64,000 nucleotides of DNA from the NCBI GenBank assembly GCA_905331295.1, contig CAJNYD010000033.1:62001-126000 (forward strand), in the 5' to 3' direction. The position numbers and the translations under genes are program-made. This document shows positions 27,576 to 39,567 of the stretch, one piece after another. This stretch comes from Rotaria socialis. Its lineage: Eukaryota. Below the pieces are notes generated by a model. It did no database searches. It worked only from the letters and a program-made list of their open reading frames with translations, and was not told the DNA's origin. Within the stretch, counting starts at the first letter, position 1. Each line of letters starts with the position of its first letter.

Positions 27576-28791
27576 ATGATGTATATGCCAGCAACAACAG
27601 CAGCTATGCCAGTTATGCTGCAAGAAACACAACAACCCCAACTGCAATCGTCATCACGCTACTATATGCTACAAACGGCACCTGTTATTCCAGCTGTACC
27701 AGTTCTGAATACAACATATATCTATCCGCGATATGGATTCGTACCTAAACCAGTTGAAACATCTGTTACCAAAGATGAAATTGAAAAAATGCAGCCAACA
27801 CAAATATTCGAGCGTATGTTGCTTTGCTGCTCTTCATGAATTTATACGAATAATTTATTTAGTTTCACAACCAGTACAACATGTTGTACATCATCACGTA
27901 CAGCCATGTGGAACAAAAACATGTCCGGGTTATTGTGAATTATGTTGTCCATGGACCGAACAACCTCAAGCACGATCAACTTCACCAAAACCTAATGAAC
28001 ATCATCATCATCACCATCGACATTCTCGCCGTGATGAATTCGAACGTGATGAATTTGATCAAACACATCCATCAAATCACGAAACAATCGATGAAAAAAT
28101 AGAACGAATTCGACGTGAATTACGTGACAATTCATTACCACGACGTAACCAATCAACCGACACCACTGATATTATTGAACATCATCATATTCATCCTCGA
28201 TCACGTTCAAATTCTCGTCCACGTAGTGCATCAGCAACACGTGGTCCATGGCGTTCATCAAATCAAAATGATTATCCATGGCGTGATTCTCATTTACCAG
28301 CTTATCGTGAAGCAACCTTCGCTCGTGCTCAAACGCCTGTTGACGAAACTCGTGTATGGAAAGAAACAGCACATGAACGTAGCCATCAAAATACAAAACA
28401 TCCAACAACATATTATAGTAAAAAAGATTATGTTTATCGACCAAAATCCGAAGTTGAAGCACGTAAATATTATGTACAATCAACAGGCAAAGATCCCGAT
28501 CGTGAAGTTCATCAAGCATTACGTGGTGGCACAACAACATATAAATATAACGATGCAGCAACATCTTACTATGATAAACATCAAAGTACAAGTTATGATC
28601 ATTCATTTTATTCCGATTTACCAAAATCAACAACAACCAAAACGCATACATTAAGAAAAGTCGATTCAACAAATCATCATAATTTATACGCATGTAATGA
28701 ACCTTGTTTACATGTCGTACCTAAAAATGGTAGTACATCAGATCCACCTTATATGAAAATTCTTAATGCACCCGTAACATATCTTCATTAA
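27576..28791 (+). CDS. Uncharacterised His/Arg/Ser-rich protein, 2 exons
   Basis: Intron 27814-27862 joins ORF 27576 to the long open frame. Contains CGTKTCPGYCELCCPW, poly-His runs and RSRSNSRPRS. Confidence 0.8.
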
Positions 28792-29793
28792 ATTGACACT
28801 GTTCATTTATGGAATGTTTTCTTTCTAGTATTTATTGAGCAAGAATATCTATAAATATTTTGTGTTGTATCCATTTAAAAGCAAAAGACTTCGCATTTTC
28901 GTTTATCGGATCAACTTCATGAATAAATACTGTTTCTAAGAAGAATTCATCGGTGAAAAAATAATCATAGGTCGACAAAAAAGTCATTGAGAGATATTTC
29001 GTCAACATGACATAACAATCTATTTCATAAATTATAGTGAAACATATGATTGATCAAGGACTGTTACGGTCGGTAAAGTTTCCATGGTTATATTTGTCAT
29101 AGTCTACTTCCTCTCTCTTTCATTTACTTTAACACTTCGTTTCGATCATGTTTCGTAAAATACTTCAAGTTCGAGTATAACAACAACATATATCCTATAT
29201 CAAGAAAAACTAAAATATCATCTTACCGATAAACTTAAGTCGACCATGATTGAATTCTTTTGTCGCCATCGGAAAAATATCTGAAATAGGAACATAAATA
29301 TTGTCTTTTGCTTGTTATTATTATCTTTCACGCACACAAATACATAACGAAAAAAGCAAACTGAATAATCATAATAAGCAAACAAATGAATTATAAGTTA
29401 TATTGTAGGAAAACAAAACAAAAAGCCACGCTCAAGTTCGTCATAAATACACTCAAATTATTGAACAAGTAATAAGCATCTAAACATATGTACACATTAA
29501 GTCACGCGTACGAATTTATAGCGAAGACAAAAAACAGTAACTGTTTTCATAGCGATATACATCATATGAATCAATAGAAAAATTATTGCAGAAAAAACAA
29601 ATAAACTGTTGCATATATTTATATGCAATTCTATTAGTAATTAAGAGATCTTGAAGATCTGACACAATAATAATGTTCATAACAGCTAAATAGGATTGAT
29701 TTTTTTAGGAAGAAAATATGGATTCAATTGGAGATTCATCAGAAAAACAGGCATTGCATAAAAGAAAACAATAGAGCCAATAGATAGAAATTG

Positions 29794-32130
29794 CTAAGAT
29801 ATAATAAGAAGTGATTTGCGTTGCGATTGTGTAAATTCGACACTTGCTGATCGTCGTAATGTTAAATAGGATAATGCTGATGATTGCTGTTGGGAAGATA
29901 CTTGATTGGAATTCGTATGATTTTGTGATGAATTCGATTGATTTGAAGCTAACATGGAGCTCGATGATGGTTGTTGAAGACGATTATTAATCATTGACAG
30001 AGCCTAATCAAATAGAAAAAGGAAAAGAAAACAATTTGTCGAATAGACTTTGAAATAGGAAACTTTTACTTCAAGTTTGATTGCTTTTTCTTTCGTTAGT
30101 AGTTCATCGGGAAATGATATTTGATTCTCTTTTGCTATTTGTCGTAAATCAAAATAATATTTAGCATATATAGATGAAGCAACATTAACATTGAACTGAA
30201 GAAGTTGAACATATTCACGTTCTAATTCATTCCTGAAACGAAAAGTTTATATTGTTTATCGAAATAAAAACAAAATTTTAATGAGCCTCTTGACATATTC
30301 ATATCCTTCTTGTTTTTCTCTTCCACATTGATAATTTTAAATTTTGTTTGAAAAGAATTTTCACCTTTTGACCTAAGTAAGGTAAACATACGCTTGTCAA
30401 GGACTGTGACAGACGTTAGTCAAACACCAGCATAAAATGTAACAGACATTTGCCAGCAACTGTGACAGGCGTTCGTTATAGACGTAGACACATACGCGCC
30501 AAATATCAACGCAAACACCTTCATAACACTATTTCTGTGTATAAATAGCATCTTATTATAGTATTTAGACCACTTTCTAATTGGATTACAGAAGAAGAAT
30601 GATGAAGAAGTATGTTCGAAACAATTCTATTAGTAATAGTGTTAAGCTTGTATTTTACATTTTCAATTCCTCAGGGATCATGTTAATGGCTTTTTTTCTA
30701 CTTACATTGCATTAACAGTAATGTCCTTCAAAATTTGACAGAAGTCAACATTCCATACTGCTTGGTCGTCCCATACTTTTGATGCTAACATGACCGCTCC
30801 TACAGATAACGAAATCATATTTAGTTTCTGACATTATGAAGAAAACTAAAACGAACCCAGCACAAGTCGTTTCCAATTCGATGGACATAGATCAAGTTCG
30901 CCATAACTCAAAACACGTTCGAGATAAACCTAAAAGTAGATGATCTGAGTCAAACGAATAATTTAGGAAATAATTTCTCCAGTTTTATAATAGAAAAAAA
31001 CAACATGTATGAATTTTAGAACAAGTTTTTAAATCGCACCACTCATGGGAAATTTATTCATCTTTTCGTATTCATAATTCCATTTTCCTTGTCTGATTCT
31101 TATATTAAAAAAGAACAGAATTTACCAATGTAACAATAGCACATTCGGCGGTTAATTGTGCAGCAGTGAAAAGAACACGCATAAAACGATAAATGGTGTT
31201 TTGTTCAGGTATTCGTATATCATAATCATCCGGTAGCAGTTCTTTCTAAAACAAAAAATAGAAAGAGGTCCAATGAGTTTCCATAAGACGTTGAATAATT
31301 CTTTATAACATACACTTAATGGATGAAGTTTTTCATCGAATATCTCCATTGTTTTATTTGATTTTCTATGTAGAATATGTGAATGTATAGCAATACTAAC
31401 ACATTTGATCATTGCTTTCCAATTCGGTTGTGAAACCGTTGAGTCATCGACGTAAATCGTCGAACATGAATTCGAATGTTTGAGTGATTTATGTGTCGCT
31501 GCTGGACGATTTGTATCAGTTTGACATCGTGGTGGAGTAGGTGAAAGTGAAGACGAGGAATCTAATGCTGTTCGATGCAACTTTAGATTCATAGACAAAT
31601 GCGTAGCATTATCGCGAGAATTCGATGATTCGGGTAATACTTCATTTGTCTGAACGATGAAAAATAAAAGTATTGCTAATAACAAAAGAAAATCATTAAG
31701 ACTTTACTTTGGACTGAGCTGATGCTGAATTTGATTGTTGTACAAGCTCTTTCGGTGGATCTATTTAAAATAAAATAGCTCATTTATTATTAAATCATTT
31801 TACTAACGTATAATCGACTGGAAATATGTTGATGTTTTTGGATTATCAGATGGAGCAAGTTCAACATCACTATCTGAAATATGTATATATACTCAATGAA
31901 AACAAAAATCGGTTTGTTTTTAAAAATAGCACATACTAATCCCGTAAATTTCGGAAACATGAACTTTATTGTCATATGCTTTGGAAGTTGTATCAATTAC
32001 ATTTGTCGGTTGATAAGTTTCACTACGAAAAAGAGATAAATTTTTATTGCTTCATGTTTCTGAAATTTTACTTGTATTTCTTTGATTCTCTATCACAACA
32101 ATAACAGCAACAACTGATGATGGCACCCAT
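29794..32130 (-). CDS. CCNY: Cyclin Y (multi-exon)
   Basis: [12 protein letters not shown] (lipidation-type N-terminus); [77 protein letters not shown] near the C-terminus. Confidence 0.95.
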
Positions 32131-32795
32131 CAATGAACATTTTACATAAAATAGATATAACTCGTACTGGTCATCATTTTTTCTATGTATAAAAATAAAC
32201 AAATCGTTTGAGATATTCGCTGAATGGTAGTATCGAAATATGATTCATCAAAATACTGTTGGATTGTCGAAAAAAAATCCTCTCAACGTTAGAAAAAGAA
32301 ATTATTTATTGAAACATTTGTTTCAATAATATAATATTTCCGAATGAAAATTACTTTGATTGTTTTTTTTTATCAGCTACTTTAACGAACGCGAATGCAA
32401 TTACAGATGTCACTGGTGGATATTGATTTTTCCCTACAGTTTAAAACTTGAAAAGGTCTATAATTTAATAAAATCTTTACATTGAAAATACTGCTTAACG
32501 AATGAATTATGTATTTCTTCGTCTATATCAGAATTGATGATCTCGATTAAAAGCTCTTAGTGTATTTTTCATCGTATTATATATAACTACTACATAGATA
32601 CCTTCTTTAAAATGTGTATTGATGATATGCGTATCAAGAACATATGCATGTATTCACATATTTTTATTCTTTTCATGACTGACTGGCTTTTGCTTTTTTA
32701 ACGCTTATTCTCACGTAAATCTTATTTACGTTTACCTTTCTCTGTGACTGATAGAAAGCTTATATCGATCATTTACTTTACCGCAAAAATAAGTG

Positions 32796-33350
32796 ATGAA
32801 GTTTGGAATATTTTCATATGCTATTCTATTTGTATTGAGTAAGATTATCTAGAAAATATTTAAAACCAAAAGAAATCAGTATCTCTGATTTAGTTCCATT
32901 GATAAGCACTACGACTAACCAGTTAAAATGTTATGTTTGCAATTCAAATGTCGATGAAGGTTGTGACGGTGATTCTGTACCAGACGTCTATAAAGTTAAA
33001 TGTAGTGCTATGATTCGTCCTTATTGTCGAAAAATCATTCAAACCGGTAACAATAGATAAAACCAACCAGGACTCTAATGGTTTTATTTAGTCGGTGAAC
33101 AGAAAAGTGTTGTACGAACATGTGGTTCCGCAGCTGGATCAAAATCATGTTATAAAACACCCGGAAAAAATAATGTATAGAATAGATTTTGTCTCGATTA
33201 TGATTTGTTCGTTTTCTTTTATAGGCACAAGTTTGTTCGTGTAACCATGATTTTTGTAATCAGGCAACAAGTTTTAATCGACAAGAACGAATCATGACCA
33301 TGATGTCATCGATTATTATTCTTACAATTTCCATGCTTATAATTCGTTAA
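32796..33350 (+). CDS. Quiver/sleepless-like Ly6 (three-finger) GPI-anchored protein, 4 exons
   Basis: Signal peptide MKFGIFSYAILFVLIPLIS; LKCYVCNS...YCRK...VRTCG...SCYKT...VCSCNHDFCN; hydrophobic C-terminal tail. Absent from the ORF track. Confidence 0.88.
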
Positions 33351-33634
33351 TATCGTACATGAAATTGATATTTCCATTTCATTTAGTATTTTTCTTTTCA
33401 ACACTAATGTTCATAGGCAAAGGATCTTTCTATTCTATGTATTGCAGTATTTCATCTTTCTTTTTCTCCACTGTTTTCTTACTCTGATATTTATGCTTAG
33501 TGATAATGTATTTGGGTTTTTTCCTGTGATTTACCTAGAAAAGTTAAAATTAAGAAATTATTGATAGAATCGTTTATTTTCTGATGATTCACACAAAAGA
33601 GAAAACGTTACACTAAATTAACTATCTACAATGT

Positions 33635-35023
33635 TTAATAGTCGTATGTATCAATATCATCAACGAAATTATTATTTTGAAGTGAATCAAAAATCGATGT
33701 CGGAATCGGATATCGAAGTAACGCAATACATCCACCGAAACCAAGTCGAAGTTGTTGTCCTTCTGGTGAACGATCTGTAACTAGATATAAACGAAGATTC
33801 ATAGCTTTATAATTTTCAGTTAGATAATCAATTAAATTCATTTCTTCGATGCAATCGATTTGTTCATTTTCGTTTTCTTTTAATAATACTTTCAATTTCT
33901 TTTGTGCTTCTTGTTCATTATCAGCAACAATAACAATGTTTTCTTCATTACGTTTTTGATAAACGTAACGTTTCGTAGCTAAATTTTCCCAAAGAATCAA
34001 ACGATCAATAAGACTACTGCCCTCTCGAAGAACAATTGATATTTCATCGGCAGCAATCGCATACGAAATCATATTTGATTCGTTTGTTGTTGTTGAAAGG
34101 TTGATTTGAGAAAAAGCCTCTTCAAGTAACTGTCTTTCTTGTGTTAATTTAATATCCGCAAATAGATCAGCACATAAACGAAGTGTTTCCTGTAAACCAT
34201 TATCAGCACCGTAACTTACGTCAATCATTCGAATAATTTTCGTTTGTATTTGATTTCCAAGTAAATCGCTTTTAACAAGTTCTTGTTTTAAATTAGCTGA
34301 ACCACTTATTATAATTCCATCAATATTAGCTAAACCATGTTGTTGACTATTCAGATATACTGATTTTGCATGTTCAGCAACTTTACTTAAATAGTTATGA
34401 ATAGCTTCACGACGTAAACGGTCAAAACGTGGTGCCGATTGTCCACCACGACCGTGTTTTTTTGGTAAACTAACTTGAATACGTTTGAGAATAGTTGTAC
34501 CTTGTTGTGGATCTAGACGAGCAAATAATGTTCCATTACCATCAATAACAATGATACCATATCGACGTGCTTGTAAATCATTTGTACTATCGTTGATTTG
34601 TTGTTGAAGAAAATCAGTAATGAAATGTGCTTCACATCGATATAAACCATGTTGTAACGGTTGTAAAGGTTCAATACACATGGAAATTTTCGTTTCACGA
34701 TGTTGTTCCTCATCGTATACGATGCCTGTATAGAGAACGAGACCATTTTCTGGCAATGTATTTTGTGTATATAAACGAAGTTTTCCTTGAGCAGACGATA
34801 ATGCTTGTTGAACATTGTGTCTCGTTTGAGAAGATTTTATGCATGACGATAGACCATATTCATCAGTGAGAAGTTTCATGGTCCGTGCTAATTGTGATTG
34901 AGCTGGAACAATCATTGTGACTAATGACGTGCCGCGCCCACGCATTGATGATAAATATTGAACTGTTCGGCGAAGTTTCCATTTTTCAATGTCGGAATTA
35001 TCGTTTTGGATTGCTGTAGCCAT
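33635..35023 (-). CDS. ETF1: Divergent intronless eukaryotic release factor 1 (eRF1)-like protein
   Basis: 462-aa single ORF. GRGTS loop, DEYGLSSCIKS, YRCEAHF, KKHGRGGQSAPRFDRLR, DVSYG, LVTDRSPEGQQLRLGFGGCIALLRY. Confidence 0.93.
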   Translation of the reverse strand: MATAIQNDNSDIEKWKLRRTVQYLSSMRGRGTSLVTMIVPAQSQLARTMKLLTDEYGLSSCIKSSQTRHNVQQALSSAQGKLRLYTQNTLPENGLVLYTGIVYDEEQHRETKISMCIEPLQPLQHGLYRCEAHFITDFLQQQINDSTNDLQARRYGIIVIDGNGTLFARLDPQQGTTILKRIQVSLPKKHGRGGQSAPRFDRLRREAIHNYLSKVAEHAKSVYLNSQQHGLANIDGIIISGSANLKQELVKSDLLGNQIQTKIIRMIDVSYGADNGLQETLRLCADLFADIKLTQERQLLEEAFSQINLSTTTNESNMISYAIAADEISIVLREGSSLIDRLILWENLATKRYVYQKRNEENIVIVADNEQEAQKKLKVLLKENENEQIDCIEEMNLIDYLTENYKAMNLRLYLVTDRSPEGQQLRLGFGGCIALLRYPIPTSIFDSLQNNNFVDDIDTYDY

Positions 35024-37553
35024 GAAGAATATTGTATATAAGATACTTGAAAGTCTATCAAAGTTCTAATGTCCATTGGAATCATGTTCATTGAGTTTTT
35101 ATAGCTGAGAATAAAACAGCAAGAAACACATGCGTGGCTAGATGTAATACTGAAATTTCAGAGTTTCATAACTTGCAATAATTACGAAATTTCAACATTT
35201 TATACTAGGTGAAGTAATTGCGAAATTTACATGCAGGACAGAACGAGAAGAAAGGAAAGAAAGAAAGAAAGAAAGAAAGAAAGAAGTGTAGATTACCAAA
35301 GCACGTCATAGTTTCTTGTATCAAGAGCATAAATATATGCCTGGGATTATTTTCCTTTATGTCTAGTAAAGTCTTACTAATCAATCGCATTTTAGAAGTC
35401 TTTTAGATGTTGCTAATCGATTGCAACATGTAGATTTTATCAATAAATAAAATATACTTTTGAAGCACATACTACGAAGGTAACAAATCAAAACGAAATT
35501 CAATAAAAAGTCTCGTTTTCATACTCCGTAGCGACCAGAACTAAATCTGTTGCTGATAATAGTTTGACTTATATTGAAAAATCGAGGTGATAATAACCAC
35601 CGAATTGGAAGCGGGTTTCTTCATTTATTATTAAGTCGTCGAATGTACATTATCTGTCCGTAGTTTTTGTTAGTTTAACCATTCCATATCAATTGTTTTA
35701 TTAGAGGCATCTTGGCTAAAATCGTATCTTATGGTCAATAATTTTTTTTTGTTTATCTAACTATGAGTTTTTGAAAAACATAAGTACTCTGAAAACATTG
35801 AATGATTTTTTTTCTCACTTTTATTTCAAAAACAAAAATTCCATGAGAAAATATGACACTGATAAAAGTACACCGAATAATAAAAAACAATGAGAAACGA
35901 TAAATAGGCTCGATTACTTATTTACACAAACATATCACGGTGACATTATCTAAACTATGTCCTATGTCATAAATTGGCCAATAAATTGATCGTCAAATAA
36001 TTAACATTCTCTCGGCGGTGTAGATCTGTCTTGTTAATCATCTAGATATACTCGAGAGAGAGAGAGAGAGAGAAATTCATTTAATAAATAGTTGAATTGT
36101 TTTTGTCTCAAATAGATTTTATTCTGGGAAGATCAAGTGCACCACCGATCACTGATAAATATTTTCAATTAAACCGTAGATTTATTTATTTTGAAAATGT
36201 CTGCCAAAATTTTTTTTGTTTGTCATAGACGAACATTCTTCTAATATACATTTTACAACCTGAAGATTTACGATAATAAAAACAAAATAGCGAATATATA
36301 TTCAGCTAATTGCTTTTGAATTCAATTTATACTGTACCAAACGATGTAATGAATAGTAATTGTAACTCACATTCTTTGGTATTACATATTATACACAATC
36401 CGTACTAAATCCCTTTATATCATTGCATAAATTATGTTTGATTTGTTAAAGCCGTTTGGATAATAGTTAAAATTCCTCAGCATTAACATAAAACGTTTTG
36501 AAAGATTAGCAACATTATCATTGCGCATGTAAAATCATGATTGATTTGACTTGCGTTTTTCAATGGAAAAAAAAAACGTTTATTTTGATTATTATAGGAG
36601 ATAATATTTTACAGGTATAGGATGGATACGTCGATACTTGATGATGACTAAATATGTAAACGATAGAGATATACATCAAGACAAAAAAATGATGATATGT
36701 ATCATACCTCCCTAATAGACAAATGGCACACGATCTAATGGTCGACGAAGTGACATTAAGAGAAATCTTCAATCTCAAAATCAACTACGCCGCAACGTTT
36801 TCTACTTTTACACATTCCATTAGTCTGTTGTATTTTTATTTTCGCGAGTTCCTATTATATAAAAAATAACTATTTATCTCGAAAACATTCAATTTGGTTG
36901 ATTGATTCTCTATGAAATAATTTGGCTTATGCAGATAATATAAAATTTTACGACTTCACACGAATTCGATTATTAAACAATTCGTTCAAATAAAATGTCG
37001 ACTATATTAAATATTCAGTTTTACTATAACTTGGCAGTCAGAAATTATTATTTTAAGATGAACTACTTATGATAAGATAGTTCTTAAAAAAATAATCTCT
37101 GTATCGATTGAATTTTTTCTAACAAAGTTGAATTCAATAAAAACATAATTCAAAGTCTTTAATCAATCTTTTGTCACGATAAAAACCAGATTAGTACTCC
37201 TATTATTCCAAAAGGTATCATAAATGAATAAACTTGAAATTTCAACAGTAACAATCATGCCATTTCTTTTCACGGTTGACAAAAACGAAAAAAAAAAGAA
37301 GAAATAAAGAAACTAGCTGCTGTACACACGCATATGACAACAACCACAACAACAACAACAATAATAATAAAGAGAAGAAGGACAAAACAAAAACCTGAGT
37401 TAAAAACAAACAAAACACAAGAGTACCAAAAAACAGACAAACAAAACGATGAAAAAAAAGAAAGAATATGTAGGAATGCATTCTCATCATCGCATTAGTT
37501 TTGTTTCGATATATGAAAGACGATAGTGGAGTATAGATTATTTGTTCATTCTC

Positions 37554-39567
37554 TCAAGATTCACTTTTAATTATTGTTGATGATGGCGATGATGTTATCG
37601 ATTTTCCTACATCAGCTATATTAACTGAATATGGATGAAAATCGTATCGTCGCCGTTGTCGGGCTGCTGCTACTCCACTATGAACCATAGTTGGACTTGT
37701 TTGTGTATGATACATATGTGTACCCGTATGGACTTTTAGATTTCCTTTTGTTGTAAATGCTCGACCGCAAACCTAAGAGGAAGAAAAAAAATCAAGAGAG
37801 ATATTAATGAACGATGATCAGTCGGTTTATTTTTAAAATAGCTTACATCACATTTATATGGTTTTTCACCTGTATGTGTTCGATTGTGTATTTGTAAAGC
37901 GGAAGCGGATGAAAAATTTTTTGAACAAACATTACATATATGTTGTAAAATCGATGATGAACGTCTCGAATGATTTTTTTCATTTATTGATCCATCGTCA
38001 ACCAACATTTTTGATGACATAGACAGATCTTCACCACTTTCACTCATACTATTATCTTTATGTTCATCGTTTATAGATGTATTCGAATTATTGGTATTAT
38101 TAAAGGCTGCAGCAGCGGCTAAAAATGGAAATGTACTAGCAGCTAGATTTGGAAAAAATTGTGGATTAAATAAATTAAATGGTGATAAGTGATTCGTTAA
38201 ATTTCCATTTGAATATGTCGATGCAGCAGCGGCGATAGCTGCAGCTAAAGAATTCGAAATAGCTGATGATTTTGTATCATCATCTTCTTCAACTTCTTCA
38301 CGTTTGACTGATTGACTATCACGCTACAAGACAAAAACAAAAACAAATCTTCAATTTTTTCAATAAAGCAAAACCTACTTGAACATCTATTTGCGATTCG
38401 TCATCAATACTTGATAACGAACGTTCAGAATCAATTAAACGTAAAGCTTCTTCAGCTAATGATGCATTATTAGGATCAGCTAGAAAAGTAAAATGAAAAA
38501 AGAAACTTATTTCTATTTAAAAAATTTCTTACTAAGATGTTCTTTTAAATGTGAACGTAATTGTTCAATAGTATTAAATTGCTTTTGGCAAATTGAACAC
38601 GATTTAGATTTTGTTGTTCCACTATCATCCGTAGTACGATGAACATTCATATGTGTTTTAAGATTTCCTTTAGTAGAGAATGCTCGTGCGCATATTCGAC
38701 ATCGAAATGGACGTTCACCTGTATGTGTACGATAGTGCATTTTAAGTGCACTTTGACATGATAATATACGTTTGCAAACAACACATTCATTTGAATCACT
38801 TTTATTCGTTGTTCGTTCGAGTTTTTCAATCATATCTTTCAGTTTGGCCATATTCGGATCTTCGGGTTCACCTTCATGTTCTTCCATTTGAAATTGTATT
38901 GATGATGATGATGATGATGAAATTTGTTGTTCTTCATCGGATTTTAATGATGTTGATGATAGATGATCACTAGTTGATAAATCAAGTGGAGATGTTGCTG
39001 ATCGGTCATCCTCTTCAGTTTGAATTATTAATCCACCTCTTCTATCGTCATCTTCTTCTTCGTCGTCATCGTCTTCATCTATTTCTTGTACGGTTTCTTC
39101 TTCTTCCTCTTCTTCTTCTTCTTCATCATTATTTTTATTTTTATTATTATTATTATTATCATCATCGATTGCTACCGGCGATATTACTTTATGTAGTTTA
39201 TCTCGATGTTGTTCGATATGCTTTTGTAATGTTGAACGAGAAGGAAAATTATGATTACAAATAGTACATGAATATCTTTGTTGTGTTTCAACATTTTCTA
39301 AGATGAAAAAGAGAATTTTTGGTTAAAATTATTCTAACAATCGAATTTTGATTTACCTTCATTTTCAACATGATTTTGTTTTTGTTGATAAACTTTTAAT
39401 TGTTGTTGAAATTGTTTTATCATTAATGTTTGTAAACGCTGTTGTTCTTGTATAGCTGCTAATTGAATTTTTAATTGATATAATTCCGGATCAATATTTT
39501 CTCCTGACGGATGATTTGTATTTGTATCATGTAATGTTTGCATTCGAGCTTCATTTGCATGAGACAT
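37554..39567 (-). CDS. salm: Spalt-like C2H2 zinc-finger transcription factor, multi-exon
   Basis: Q-rich N-terminus; double fingers [45 protein letters not shown] and [45 protein letters not shown], both carrying the SAL box. Confidence 0.93.

Noticed and set aside
30386..30520. Short duplicated motif (ctgtgacag[a/g]cgtt) in a cyclin Y intron as a snoRNA or CRISPR-like array
   Set aside because: Only two copies, no clear C/D or H/ACA boxes, and the context is eukaryotic.
38746..39264. Plus-strand low-complexity ORFs
   Set aside because: Antisense shadows of the acidic and Asn-rich trinucleotide repeats in the spalt coding exon.
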